Positions 1 through 11,831 of a DNA stretch of 58,816 nt are shown here, in pieces. Below the pieces are notes generated by a model, which was not told the origin of the DNA, did no database searches, and saw only the letters and a program-made list of their open reading frames with translations. Position numbers and translations under genes: made by a program. The DNA is from Gemmatimonadota bacterium. GTDB taxonomy: Bacteria > Latescibacterota > UBA2968 > UBA8231. Location: contig JAYOYH010000027.1 of assembly GCA_038153405.1 (NCBI GenBank), positions 1 through 58,816 of the forward strand, read 5' to 3'. The stretch's first letter is position 1. Each line of letters opens with the position of its first letter.

Positions 1-53
1 TGGCCTTCGCCGATTTGAGGGTCGAAGATGCAAACGAGTTCGTAGTTCTTCAT
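1..53 (-). CDS. rpsF: 30S ribosomal protein S6, N-terminal fragment (runs off the window edge)
   Basis: Reverse strand reads ATG AAG AAC TAC GAA... = MKNYELVCIFDPQIGEG, the S6-type MxxYE start. AAGGA RBS upstream. Lies downstream of rplY-pth as is common. Confidence 0.8.
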   Translation of the reverse strand, partial: MKNYELVCIFDPQIGEG

Positions 54-99
54 GTAGTATCGCTTCCTTGGTTATAGTCCGAAGAGCTTTTTCGTGCCC

Positions 100-2136
100 T
101 TAGACGAAAAGCGGTGCCAGCACCAGAGAGATAACCGACATCAGCTTAATGAGAATGTTGAGGGAGGGACCCGATGTATCCTTGAACGGATCGCCAACCG
201 TATCGCCGACCACGGCCGCCTTGTGCGGCTCAGAACCCTTGCCACCGAGATTGCCTTCTTCAATCCACTTCTTGGCATTGTCCCAGGCGCCGCCGCTGTT
301 GGACATCATCAGCGCCAGCAGCACGCCGCTAACGGTGGCGCCGGCCAGCATGCCGCCCAGCGCGATCGGACCTAAACCAAAGCCGATGACGACCGGAGCC
401 AGCACGGCCAGCAGACCGGGCGCAATCATTTCGCGCAGCGCGGCTGTCGTGCAAATCTCGACGCAGCGCTTGGTATCGGGCGTGCCCGTGCCCTCCATCA
501 GGCCGGGAATCTCGCGGAACTGACGGCGCACCTCTTCAACCATGGTGTGGGCCGCTTTGCCGACCGACGTCATGGTGATGGCCGCGGCCAGATAGGGAAT
601 CATCGCGCCAATAAATAGGCCGATGACGACGATGGGTTCGGTCACATCAATGACGACGGGCGCGCCGGTGACCTGCTCAATAGTAGATGTGTACGCCGAG
701 AACAGTGCCAGCGCCGTTAGGGCCGCCGAGCCAATAGCAAAACCCTTGCCGATAGCCGCCGTCGTATTGCCCAGCGAGTCGAGACCGTCGGTGATCTTGC
801 GCGTATCGGCGCCCAGACCCGCCATCTCGGTGATGCCGCCGGCGTTGTCGGCGATGGGCCCATAGGCGTCGACCGACATGGTGATACCTACGGTAGCCAG
901 CATGCCGACGGCGGCGATGCCGATGCCGTATAGACCGGCAAAGTGGAAGGCCAAGAAAATGGCGGAGACAATGCCCAAGATGGGCAGCGCCGTGCTCTCC
1001 ATGCCGACGGCCAGACCGGATATAATGTTGGTCGCCGATCCCGTTTCCGAGGCCGAGGCGATGTCGCGAATGGGCTTGCCGCCGGTGTAGTATTCCGTCA
1101 GCAGACCGATGACGATGCCGGCGATGCAGCCGGCGCTCAGCGCCCAGACGACGTCGTTGGACAGTTCGAGCTGACCCGCGGCCCAGTAGGCACCGCCAAT
1201 CATCAGCGCGGCAGAGATAAAGGTCGAGTAGCGCAGTGCTGCGCCCGGGTCGGCGTTTTGCATGAGGCGCACGCTAAACACGCCGACCAGCGAGGCCAGC
1301 AGACCAATCATGATGACGATCAGCGGGAAGCTCATGGACGAGAGGCGCGCAACCTCTTGGGTCGCACCCGGAGCCAGCACCTGCAGCGTCGATAGCGAGG
1401 CGGTCGCGGCAATGGCAATGGTGGCGATGACCGAACCGACGTAGGATTCAAAGATGTCGGCGCCCATACCTGCCACATCGCCGACGTTGTCACCTACGTT
1501 ATCGGCGATAACGGCCGGGTTGCGTGGGTCGTCTTCCGGAATACCGGCTTCGACCTTGCCGACCAGGTCGGCGCCGACGTCGGCCGTTTTGGTGAAGATG
1601 CCACCGCCCACGCGGGCAAAGAGCGCGATCGAAGAGGCGCCCATGGCAAAACCGTTGATCGTAGCCGATGCGCCCGGATCGGTCCACACATCAAATAGGT
1701 TGGTCAGCGCGCCCACGCCCAGCAGACCGAGGCTGGCCACCGATAGGCCCATGACAGCGCCGCCGGAAAAGGCCATCATCAGCGCCGGGCCCTGACCCTG
1801 CTGGTTGGCGGCCTGCGCCGTGCGCACATTGGCGTGCGTCGCTGCTTTCATACCGATAAAGCCAGCGGCAATAGAGCAGAAGGCTCCGGCGATAAAGGCG
1901 TAGGCCGTCCGCTCGCCGATAAAGGCAAAGAGCAGGGCAAAGACGACGACGACAAAGACGAGTAGAATGGTGTACTCGCGCTTTAGAAAGGCCATGGCCC
2001 CTTCGTGAATGGCGTCGGAAATGGCGACCATTTTCTCCGTGCCAACAGAGCCCTTCTTTATGAACGTATACAGTAGCAGCGAGCAGAATAACCCCGCCAA
2101 GCCCAAGTAGGGCGCTGCCATTGTCCAGCTTTCCAT
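100..2136 (-). CDS. hppA: Membrane-bound ion-translocating pyrophosphatase, K+-dependent, probably Na+-pumping
   Basis: Motifs [26 protein letters not shown] (Ala indicates K+-dependent), GADIFES and [10 protein letters not shown]. Many TM helices. Confidence 0.97.
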   Translation of the reverse strand: MESWTMAAPYLGLAGLFCSLLLYTFIKKGSVGTEKMVAISDAIHEGAMAFLKREYTILLVFVVVVFALLFAFIGERTAYAFIAGAFCSIAAGFIGMKAATHANVRTAQAANQQGQGPALMMAFSGGAVMGLSVASLGLLGVGALTNLFDVWTDPGASATINGFAMGASSIALFARVGGGIFTKTADVGADLVGKVEAGIPEDDPRNPAVIADNVGDNVGDVAGMGADIFESYVGSVIATIAIAATASLSTLQVLAPGATQEVARLSSMSFPLIVIMIGLLASLVGVFSVRLMQNADPGAALRYSTFISAALMIGGAYWAAGQLELSNDVVWALSAGCIAGIVIGLLTEYYTGGKPIRDIASASETGSATNIISGLAVGMESTALPILGIVSAIFLAFHFAGLYGIGIAAVGMLATVGITMSVDAYGPIADNAGGITEMAGLGADTRKITDGLDSLGNTTAAIGKGFAIGSAALTALALFSAYTSTIEQVTGAPVVIDVTEPIVVIGLFIGAMIPYLAAAITMTSVGKAAHTMVEEVRRQFREIPGLMEGTGTPDTKRCVEICTTAALREMIAPGLLAVLAPVVIGFGLGPIALGGMLAGATVSGVLLALMMSNSGGAWDNAKKWIEEGNLGGKGSEPHKAAVVGDTVGDPFKDTSGPSLNILIKLMSVISLVLAPLFV

Positions 2137-2181
2137 TTCTTCCCCTTTGCCCCTATGGGAGGGCAGTGCTTCTCTTGCGGA

Positions 2182-2751
2182 TTATTGGAGAACGCCGTTA
2201 AAGCGGTTCATCGCCGCTTCGACGCCCTCTGCGAAATAGATATCCAGCGCCGCAGCGCCGCGTTTCACCAACGCCCCCACATCGCCATCGCTCGGCGAGA
2301 ATGGCGCCAAAACATACTCGACAATATCGCCGCCCTGAGGCGGCTGACCAATGCCCATACGCAAGCGCGGCACCTCTTGGCTAGACAGCTCTTCCAACAC
2401 AGAGGCCAAGCCGTTGTGACCGCCGTCGCTGCCGCGGCCGCGCAGGCGCAAGCGACCAAAGTCCAGCAGAAAGTCGTCGTAGGCAACCATCAGATCGCTC
2501 GGTGCGGCTGAAAAGCGGCTGCACAGCGCGCGCGCGGCGCGTCCACTGCGATTCATATAGGTCTGGGGCTTAGCCAACAGGACCGATTGACCGTCCCATT
2601 CGACCTGAGCCAACAGGCTGTGATCGCGCGCGCTGGGCGTCCACTCGACCTGAGCGCGCCGGGCCACGTAGTCGAGCAGCGCAAAGCCGATATTGTGGCG
2701 CGTATCGGCGTAGCGCGCACCCGGATTGCCCAACCCGAGGACGATCTGCAA
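2182..2751 (-). CDS. pth: Peptidyl-tRNA hydrolase
   Basis: GLGNPG, TRHNIGF, KPQTYMNRSG, GGHNGL motifs. Confidence 0.97.
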   Translation of the reverse strand: MQIVLGLGNPGARYADTRHNIGFALLDYVARRAQVEWTPSARDHSLLAQVEWDGQSVLLAKPQTYMNRSGRAARALCSRFSAAPSDLMVAYDDFLLDFGRLRLRGRGSDGGHNGLASVLEELSSQEVPRLRMGIGQPPQGGDIVEYVLAPFSPSDGDVGALVKRGAAALDIYFAEGVEAAMNRFNGVLQ

Positions 2752-2757
2752 GACGCG

Positions 2758-3417
2758 CTACTCTTGCGAATCCTCTTCGCCCTCTTCGCCCTCTTCGCCC
2801 TCTTCGTCGCTGGCCCGGGCGCCGGACAGGCGCGGTGCCAAAATATTGACGATGGTGCGCGATGGATCGGTGCTGATGCGCGGCTCCTGCTCCATCAAGT
2901 CGCTGACGTGCAGGCTATCGCCAACGACGAGCGAAGAAATATTAATTTCAATGGCGGCCGGCATTTCCGATACGACGGATTCGATCTCGATGGACGTCAG
3001 GGTCTGCTGCAGCGCGCCACCGCCATTGCGCACGCCCTCGGGCACGCCAACCGTAACCAGGGGCACCTCGGCGCGCAGCGTCTCGGCGGCGTTGATGCGC
3101 AGCAGGTCCAGGTGCATGGCATGACCGCGCACCTTGTGATACTGAATCTCGCGAATCAGTGCGCCTTCCGACTCGGTGCCGTCTTCATACTCGACGTTGA
3201 TCGTCGCGTTCTGGCCGCCCTTGTTCAAAATCTGCTCAAAGTTGTGCGCGTCGATTTTGAAGGCATAGGGATCCTGCTTGTGGCCGTAAAGCACACCGGG
3301 TATCTGGCCATGGAGACGCCTGAGCTGACCCACGAGACCTTTGCCCTGCTCATGACGGTGGGCAATTTTTAGCGAGACATGTGCCCGCTTGTGGAGCTTG
3401 AGTGGAACTGCCGGCAT
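2758..3417 (-). CDS. rplY: 50S ribosomal protein L25/Ctc (long form)
   Basis: IPGVLYG, HLDL, GVRNGGG motifs and an acidic tail. Start moved to ATG 3417 behind an AAGGAG RBS, because the ORF-track extension runs through the tRNA. Confidence 0.95.
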   Translation of the reverse strand: MPAVPLKLHKRAHVSLKIAHRHEQGKGLVGQLRRLHGQIPGVLYGHKQDPYAFKIDAHNFEQILNKGGQNATINVEYEDGTESEGALIREIQYHKVRGHAMHLDLLRINAAETLRAEVPLVTVGVPEGVRNGGGALQQTLTSIEIESVVSEMPAAIEINISSLVVGDSLHVSDLMEQEPRISTDPSRTIVNILAPRLSGARASDEEGEEGEEGEEDSQE

Positions 3418-3439
3418 GGGATACTTCTCCTTAGAAAAA

Positions 3440-3514
3440 TGGCAGCCCGGCGAGGACTCGAACCTCGATAAACGGAACCAAAATCCGTTGTCCTGCCAAT
3501 TGAACGACCGGGCT
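3440..3514 (-). tRNA. tRNA-Gln(UUG)
   Basis: Cloverleaf: acceptor AGCCCGG/CCGGGCT, anticodon arm ACGGA-TT TTG GT-TCCGT, T arm CGAGG-TTCGAGT-CCTCG, encoded CCA. Confidence 0.96.
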
Positions 3515-3517
3515 ACC

Positions 3518-4399
3518 CTAACTCTGTATTGTGTCGCTGGCCATCGGCCGGCAAAAAAAAGACCGGTGGCCCTGCGCTCGTAGCTCTTGTTGAGCCTTGA
3601 GGGCGGCGTTCCGGTCGTCGAAAAGGCCGTATACCGTGGAGCCGCTGCCCGACATGGATGTGGCGCAGGCACCGGCTTGATCCAGGTGAGAACGATGCAT
3701 TGCGACGATGGGATAGGCGCTTTCGACCACGGGCAGGAAGTCGTTCTCCAACACTTCCATCAATTCCCAACAGTCAACGCACCCGCCGCTCAAGGAATTG
3801 ACAAAACTAATATAGGGATTGGGGTCTGTCAAGGCGGCGCGAACCTGCCCATAGGCCCAGGCCGTGCCGACGGCGACGCCCGGATAGACCAAGACATACC
3901 ATGCGTCCCCCCGCCAGCCCAAAGGCTCGAGCACCTCGCCGCGCCCGCGCATCAGGGCCGTGCCTCCTTCTATAAGGAAGGGGATATCCGAGCCCAGCTG
4001 TGCGGCCAGTGCGCGCAAGCCCTCCGCATCGAAAGGCGACCCGTGCAGCGCGTTGAGCGCGCGCAGGGCAGCGGCCGCATCGGCGCTGCCGCCGCCCAAA
4101 CCGGCACCAACGGGTATGTGCTTTTCCAAGTGCACGCTGAACGAGCGGCAGGGCACCGGCGCGCGCTGGGCAAATAACGCCATTGCACGCAGGACGAGAT
4201 TGTCGCCGTCTACGGGTATATCGGACACGGTGCAGGTCAGCGCATTGCGCTCGGCCGACCTGAAGTGCAAGACGTCGGCCAAATCGATGCCCTGCGCAAC
4301 GCTGAGAATATCGTGATAGCCATCGGGGCGTTTGCCCAAAATTTTCAGTCCGAGATTGATTTTGGCGCTGGCGCGCTCAACCCACTCGTTCTCCGCCAT
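3518..4399 (-). CDS. ispE: 4-diphosphocytidyl-2-C-methyl-D-erythritol kinase
   Basis: AKINLGL, PDGYH, IPVGAGLGGGSADAA, MSGSGS motifs. Confidence 0.97.
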   Translation of the reverse strand: MAENEWVERASAKINLGLKILGKRPDGYHDILSVAQGIDLADVLHFRSAERNALTCTVSDIPVDGDNLVLRAMALFAQRAPVPCRSFSVHLEKHIPVGAGLGGGSADAAAALRALNALHGSPFDAEGLRALAAQLGSDIPFLIEGGTALMRGRGEVLEPLGWRGDAWYVLVYPGVAVGTAWAYGQVRAALTDPNPYISFVNSLSGGCVDCWELMEVLENDFLPVVESAYPIVAMHRSHLDQAGACATSMSGSGSTVYGLFDDRNAALKAQQELRAQGHRSFFCRPMASDTIQS

Positions 4400-4404
4400 G
4401 GAGC

Positions 4405-4433
4405 TTGACCTCATTTTGCGTATAATCTACTAT
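4405..4433 (+). promoter_or_regulatory. Putative sigma70 promoter of the TPR-crp operon
   Basis: TTGACC-17 nt-TACTAT in the 65-bp divergent gap. Confidence 0.55.
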
Positions 4434-4464
4434 GATAAGTAAAAACTGACAGATTGGCAGGTCT

Positions 4465-7400
4465 ATGTCTGCATTAAACTACGCGGCGCGCTTTGCCCTG
4501 GCGACGCTCCTGTTCGTCTCGCCCACTGCGGCGCAGCAGAGCGGTGACGACGATTTCAAACTGGCGCGCAATCTCTATCGCGACGCCGGCGACTACGCCA
4601 CGTCCTCTACGCTCTTTGCCGAGTTTCTCCGCAACTACCCCGATAGCCCGCAGCGCGCCGAGGCGCGACTGATGCTGGCGCGCGCTTACCGCAACAGCGA
4701 CCGCTGCGAACTGGCAGCGGCTGCCTACGAGACTTTTTTCCTCGAACACCCAGACCACTTGGCCACCGCCGATGCGCGCCGCGAGCGGGCTGCCTGTCTA
4801 TCACTACTCGGCCAGTATGCAGAAGCGGCGCGTGCCTACGAAGACGTGCAGCGGCGCTTCAGCGCCAGCGACTTTGCCGCCGCCGCGCTAATCGATGCGG
4901 CAGCCAACTACACGTATGGACAGGATATAGAGCGCGCGGTGGATATATACCAGCGCGTGCTCGACGAATACGGCACCAGTGCGGCCGTCCACCAGGCCCG
5001 CTACCAGCTAGCCCGTCTGTTCTTTGCCGCCGGGCGGCCCGACGAGGCGCAGCGCCTGCTGGGGCAAATAACGATGGCTCGACCCATCCCGGAACAGGCG
5101 GCCTCTGCCCAACTGTTAAACGGTCGCATTGATCTGTTCTTGGGCAATCGCGACGGCGCGTCAGAAAAGTTTGCCGTGCTCTACGAACGCTTTGCGCGCA
5201 CGCCGCAGGCCGATAGTGCCCATGTCGACTACGCCAACCATCTCTACGAGCAACGCCTCTTTAGCCAGGCCGGTGACGCCTTTGCACGAGCGCTCTCCGC
5301 GGCAAAAGACGCGGCGCTGCAGCGCCGCGCCTTGCTGGGCCTGGCCGATGCCCGGCGCCAGAGTCGGCAGACGGCCGAGGCGCTCGAACACTACAGGAGT
5401 CTGCTGCAACAGCTGCGGGCCGGCGACCAAGACTATTTGCGCGCGCGCTTAGGCCAGGCCGTGGCCCTCGGGCAAGCCGGGCAATTCGCCCTGGCTGTGG
5501 GCCTGTTTCAGGGCCTGATACAGATTGGCGAAGGCCCGGAAGCGCTGGCGGCCCTGCGCGAGCTGGGCGCGCTTTACCGAGCGCGCGGCGATCACAGCCG
5601 TGCCATCACCTGGTATCGCCGCTACCTGCAGGAGACCGACGAGTCGGCCGTCGACGCCCAGGCCGTGCGCGCCGTGCTGGCCGAACTCTACGCCTCGACC
5701 GGCTATCGCGAGGAAGCGGTTGCCATCTATCGCCAACTGGCATCTGGACAGGGCACCGTAGCGGCCGAGGCGCAGTACGGACTGGCCAGCACGTTTGAAT
5801 CGGGCGGCCAGCCGCGCGAAGCGCTGCGCGAATACGTGGCCTATCTCGAGCTCTTTCCGGGTGCGCCGCAGGCCGAAGCAGCGCGCCAGCGCATCGAATA
5901 CCTGCGCGAGTTTACCGTGATGAATCCGGCCGAGCTGAGCCGCGCCCTGCAGCAGGCTTGGATCGACGAGCTCAGCGGCACTCCGCGCCAGAGCGTGCAG
6001 CTAGACGTCGCACACGCCCTCTTTGAACACCACGACTTCGAGAGCGCCGCCCGCTCGTTTGAGCACTACGCGGCGGCCTATGCCAACGGCACCTACGGAC
6101 CGGAGGGCCAGTTCTTCTTGGCCGAAAGCCTGCTCAACCTGGCGCGCCAGCGCACCATGGAGGAGCGGCCGCTGCAGGCCGACTCGCTGCGCGAGCTCGC
6201 CCTGCAGGAGTACCGCATTCTCGCGCGCGCCGAGGGATCGTCTTGGGCGCAGCGGGCCCAACTGCGGCTGATTGAGGTCGAGGCCGATAGCGGGCCCGAC
6301 TCGCTGCGGCTGCCCACGCTCGAAGAGGGCTTTGCGCGCTTTGTCAGCACCTACGGCCGCGAGGGCAGCGAACACCTCGACCAGGCCCTGTTCCAGCTGG
6401 CCGAGGCGCGGCGTGCGCTGGGTGACGACGTCAAGCTGAATTCGGCCATTGCCGACTACCAGAGTCTGCGCCGGCTCTTTCCGCAGAGCCCACTGGTATC
6501 GCAGGCGCTCTTTGGCATCGGCCTGTGCCTGGCCCAGCGCGGTCAGTACGATGCGGCCGCCGACTCGCTGGAGCGCATGCTGCAGAGCTATCCCGAAAGC
6601 CCGCTGGCGGCCAACGCCCTATTTGAGCTGGGACAGATGCGCCTGGCCCAGTCGCTGCCCCAACAGGCCATCGGTCGACTGCAGGAGCTGCGCTGGGGCT
6701 ATCCGGCCTTTCCTGCACGCCGCAGGGCACTGCTGCTGCTGGCCGATACCTACTTCTCGCTGGGCGAGTACGCCGCCGCTGCCGAGATCTACCGACCGCT
6801 GGCCGAGGCCACCGGCGTGCGCGATCCGGGCGGTCGCGTGCGCCGACAGCTGGCCCGCGCCTACCACCACATGGGACTGTATGGCCCAGCCCTGCAGACC
6901 TATCGACGCTTAGTAGACGATGAGACCGAGGCCGCTGCGCGCGACAGCATCTATTTCGATCAGGCCGTCCTACTGGTGCGCTTGGGCCAAGAAGACGAAG
7001 CCGTGCGCCAGTTTCTCGCCGTGCGCGACGCCTTTCCCGATGCGCCGTTGGCCGACCAGGCCGGTGCCCGCGCTGGACACATAGCCTTTGCCCTAGAGCA
7101 GTACGACGAGGCCCAGCGCATCTACGCACCCCTGCTGGAAAAGGACGTCCCCGACTCGCTGGTCTACGGCCAGTATGCCCTCGCCCTCTTTCGCCTACAG
7201 CGCATTGAAGAGGGGCGCAAGGCGGCCAAGCGCTACGCCAAACACATGGGCAATAAGGCGGAGTGGGACCAGCGCTTTCTGCTGGAAGAGGGGCGCTATT
7301 ACCAGCGCAAAAAGGAGTATGACAAGGCGCTTAAGGCCTTCCGCGACGTGGTCAAAAAAGGCGGTAGCGCAGCGAGCGAAGGGGCCTATTACGCTGCCGA

Positions 7401-8133
7401 GGCGCTCTGGCAACAAAACGCGGCTGCTCCCAGCGAAGAGGGCGCGGCACGCGCCTTAGAAGCGCTCGTGCGCTTTGTCCAAGACTACCCCGATACGCCG
7501 CAGAGTGCCGACGCCTATCTGCGCCTAGCCAACTACCAGTTTGCCCTACATAACTACCTGCAGGCGGCAGGCGCCTACAAGCGCGTGCTCGACGCGCCAA
7601 GCGCCAAGCGCGAGGCGGCGCGCGAGGCTATTTGGAAGCTATTGCAAAGCTACCAAGGCGCGCACGAATACGAGGCGGCGCACGGGGTAGCCGACCAGCT
7701 GCTGCGCGACTTTCCCGACCACCCGCGCCAGCTCGAAGCACGCCTAGAGCTCGGCGTCATCCTCAAGGAAAAGGGACAGTACGCCCAGGCGATCAACCAC
7801 TTTGAAACCTTGCTCAATGAACAGCGCCTCGATGCCAACGACGCGTCGGAAGCGCGCTTTTACGTCGGCGAATCGTACCAGAACATGGGCGAATACCGCA
7901 AGGCCATCGAAGCTTATTACAAGGTGAGTTATCACGGAGCCGGCGGCTTTAGCCAATGGATTACATCGGCCGATTTTCAGCGCGCCAAGTGCCACGAGTC
8001 AATGGGCGAATTCGCGACGGCCATTGCCGTGTATGAGCGCATCGTGCAGCGCGAGGGGGGCGGCACGCCGCAGGGCGAGATGGCCCAAGAGCAGATCGCC
8101 GCGCTGCGCCGCCGCGTCGGTCGGCTCAACTAG
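4465..8133 (+). CDS. Large exported tetratricopeptide-repeat protein (BamD/CpoB-like repeats)
   Basis: Signal peptide (AAQ/Q) followed by many TPR-like units ending in YPxS/FPxS motifs across 1222 aa. Confidence 0.88.
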   Translation: MSALNYAARFALATLLFVSPTAAQQSGDDDFKLARNLYRDAGDYATSSTLFAEFLRNYPDSPQRAEARLMLARAYRNSDRCELAAAAYETFFLEHPDHLATADARRERAACLSLLGQYAEAARAYEDVQRRFSASDFAAAALIDAAANYTYGQDIERAVDIYQRVLDEYGTSAAVHQARYQLARLFFAAGRPDEAQRLLGQITMARPIPEQAASAQLLNGRIDLFLGNRDGASEKFAVLYERFARTPQADSAHVDYANHLYEQRLFSQAGDAFARALSAAKDAALQRRALLGLADARRQSRQTAEALEHYRSLLQQLRAGDQDYLRARLGQAVALGQAGQFALAVGLFQGLIQIGEGPEALAALRELGALYRARGDHSRAITWYRRYLQETDESAVDAQAVRAVLAELYASTGYREEAVAIYRQLASGQGTVAAEAQYGLASTFESGGQPREALREYVAYLELFPGAPQAEAARQRIEYLREFTVMNPAELSRALQQAWIDELSGTPRQSVQLDVAHALFEHHDFESAARSFEHYAAAYANGTYGPEGQFFLAESLLNLARQRTMEERPLQADSLRELALQEYRILARAEGSSWAQRAQLRLIEVEADSGPDSLRLPTLEEGFARFVSTYGREGSEHLDQALFQLAEARRALGDDVKLNSAIADYQSLRRLFPQSPLVSQALFGIGLCLAQRGQYDAAADSLERMLQSYPESPLAANALFELGQMRLAQSLPQQAIGRLQELRWGYPAFPARRRALLLLADTYFSLGEYAAAAEIYRPLAEATGVRDPGGRVRRQLARAYHHMGLYGPALQTYRRLVDDETEAAARDSIYFDQAVLLVRLGQEDEAVRQFLAVRDAFPDAPLADQAGARAGHIAFALEQYDEAQRIYAPLLEKDVPDSLVYGQYALALFRLQRIEEGRKAAKRYAKHMGNKAEWDQRFLLEEGRYYQRKKEYDKALKAFRDVVKKGGSAASEGAYYAAEALWQQNAAAPSEEGAARALEALVRFVQDYPDTPQSADAYLRLANYQFALHNYLQAAGAYKRVLDAPSAKREAAREAIWKLLQSYQGAHEYEAAHGVADQLLRDFPDHPRQLEARLELGVILKEKGQYAQAINHFETLLNEQRLDANDASEARFYVGESYQNMGEYRKAIEAYYKVSYHGAGGFSQWITSADFQRAKCHESMGEFATAIAVYERIVQREGGGTPQGEMAQEQIAALRRRVGRLN

Positions 8134-8156
8134 GGCACATTTAACGGAGAGCCGCT

Positions 8157-8833
8157 ATGGACAAACACTTTCTGCGCAACGTCTCCCTTTTTGAGGGCTT
8201 GAACGACGGCGAATTAGAGGCCATTTCCCAACTCTCGTTCACGCGCAGCTTCGCCAAAGATGGCGTTATCATTTTGGCCGAAGAACTGGGCGATACGCTC
8301 TTCATCATAAAGGAAGGACAGGTTAAGGTCAGCATCGTCAGCGAAGGGGGACGCGAAGTCATTTTGTCGCTGCTAGGACCGGGCGCCGTCTTTGGCGAGT
8401 TGGCGCTGTTGGACGGCAAGCCGCGCTCGGCCAACGTCGTGGCAACGGACGAGACCAGCCTGATCATGCTGCGCCGCTCCGACTTTCAGCAGCTCGTCTA
8501 CAAGACGCCGCAGATCGCCACGGCCCTGCTGGCCGAGCTGGCCCGGCGGCTGCGCCGCACGGATCGCCAAATCGAGGGGTTGGCCCTGCTTGACGTAGCC
8601 AGCCGCATCTCGGAGACGCTGCTGCAGTTGGCCACCGACCAGGGCAAGGAGACGGCCGAGGGCATCGCCATTGAGAGTCGGCCAACCCACCAAGAACTGG
8701 CCAATATGTCGGGCACGACGCGCGAGACGGTTTCGCGCGTGCTCAAACGACTTGAAACCCAGGGCTACATCGCCTGCAAGGGACGCAAGATCATCGTCCT
8801 GCGCGAAGAACATCGGAGCCGTTCTACGTTAAC

Positions 8834-8837
<4 letters not shown>
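8157..8837 (+). CDS. Crp/Fnr family transcriptional regulator (cAMP-binding type)
   Basis: [14 protein letters not shown] cyclic-nucleotide pocket and [18 protein letters not shown]. No Fnr cysteines. Confidence 0.95.
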
Positions 8838-10338
<1,501 letters not shown>

Positions 10339-10342
<4 letters not shown>

Positions 10343-11766
10343 AGCGGTTTGTAGGGCACGGACTCCTGCTGCTGGTCGCTGCGGCAATCGGCTGGCTAGC
10401 GCCGACGGCGGCGGCACAGGACGGAAAGGCGCACCTGCGCCAGCTCAGCGATACCTTTCGCAGCGCCTACGAGCGGGTCAGGCCCGCCGTCGTGCAAATC
10501 GCCACCACGCGCCAGTGGCGCTTTGGCCGGCGAATGCTGCCCGAGTCGCATCCGCAAATCGACCCGGAGGCTTTTCGCGGCCTGGGTTCGGGCACCATCG
10601 TCAGCGACGACGGCTATATTTTGAGCAACTACCACGTGGTCTCCGGTGCCGATTCCATTCTCGTCACCCTGCCCGACCGGCGCACCTTCGACGCGGAGGT
10701 TGTCGGCTTCGACTCACTGATCGATATCGCCCTGCTGAAAATCGAAGCGCAGCAGCTGCCGCACGTGCAGTTGGGCCATTCGTCCGAGCTGCAGATTGGC
10801 GACTGGGTGTTGGCCATTGGCCATCCGCTGGGCATGGGATCCACCCTCACGCACGGCATCGTTAGTGCGCTGGATCGCCGCGCGGATATTTTTAACGGCT
10901 CGGGCTACGCCATTGAAAGTTTTATACAGACCAACGCCGTAATCAACCCGGGCAACTCCGGCGGTCCCCTGCTCGACCTCGATGGAGAAACCGTCGGCAT
11001 CGTGACGGCCATCTCCACGCGCACGGGGTTTTATATGGGCTATAGCCTAGCCGTGCCGATTGATCTGGCGCGCGAGGCCATGAACGACATACGGACGCAC
11101 GGACGCGTCGTGCGCGGCTATTTGGGCATTGGCATGGAGGCGGTCACGCAGGACATGGTGCGCATGTACGACCTGCCCATGGAGCGGCCGCGCGGCGTGC
11201 GGGTGCGCGTCGTGCCGCAGGGTCCGGCCGCGCGCGGCGGCCTGAGCAACGGCGATGTGGTGTTGGGCGTGGATGGCCAGCCGGTCGACCACCCCAACCA
11301 AATTCAATCGATTGTATACGGCCGCGATCCGGGCGAGCGCGTGCGCTTGACCCTGCTGGATCGCGACGGCGGCCCGCGCGAACTAGACATCGAATTGGGC
11401 GAGCGCGAGGAGGAGCGGCAGCTGGCGCAGGGCGAGGTGCGGCTGCAGCGGCTGGGACTGCGCGTGGAACCGCTGCCCGGCGATTTAGCTCTAGCGCTCG
11501 GCTTTACCGGCGACGTGGCCGAGGAGCTTGGATTCGGTTTGGGCGAGAGACCGGTCGTCGTCATCGACGTCGATTCGCTAAGCCTTGCCGCCGACAAAGG
11601 CATTCGCGTGCGCGACGTCATTACGGAGATCGATCAGGAGCGCATCACTTCAATGCCGCACTTCGTGCGCTCCGTATCCAATCTCGAAGCGGGCCGTTCG
11701 GCGCTGTTCTGGCTGTGGCGGGCCGACAGCGGCATCGACGTGCGCGCCCTGCGCATACCGCAATAA
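10339..11766 (+). CDS. DegP/HtrA family periplasmic serine protease with two PDZ domains
   Basis: Signal peptide; SNYHV, DIALLK and [10 protein letters not shown] catalytic triad motifs; two PDZ-like regions. Confidence 0.95.
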
Positions 11767-11831
11767 GATGGTTTTTGTCCGCGTCAATATTCCGCACACC
11801 CAACCCATCCAATCCACTCCGGAGCTATGCG

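Noticed and set aside
2774..2810. 9-bp tandem repeat CTCTTCGCC x3-4
   Set aside because: It encodes the ordinary acidic EEG tail of L25/Ctc; not a CRISPR or mobile repeat.
3539..3572. Hairpin with an 8-A run near the end of ispE
   Set aside because: It lies inside coding sequence (GHRSFFCRP) and the U-run is in the loop, so it is not a terminator.
3418..3672. N-terminal extension of the rplY ORF (304 aa in the track)
   Set aside because: It runs through tRNA-Gln and ispE; the real start with an RBS is at 3417.
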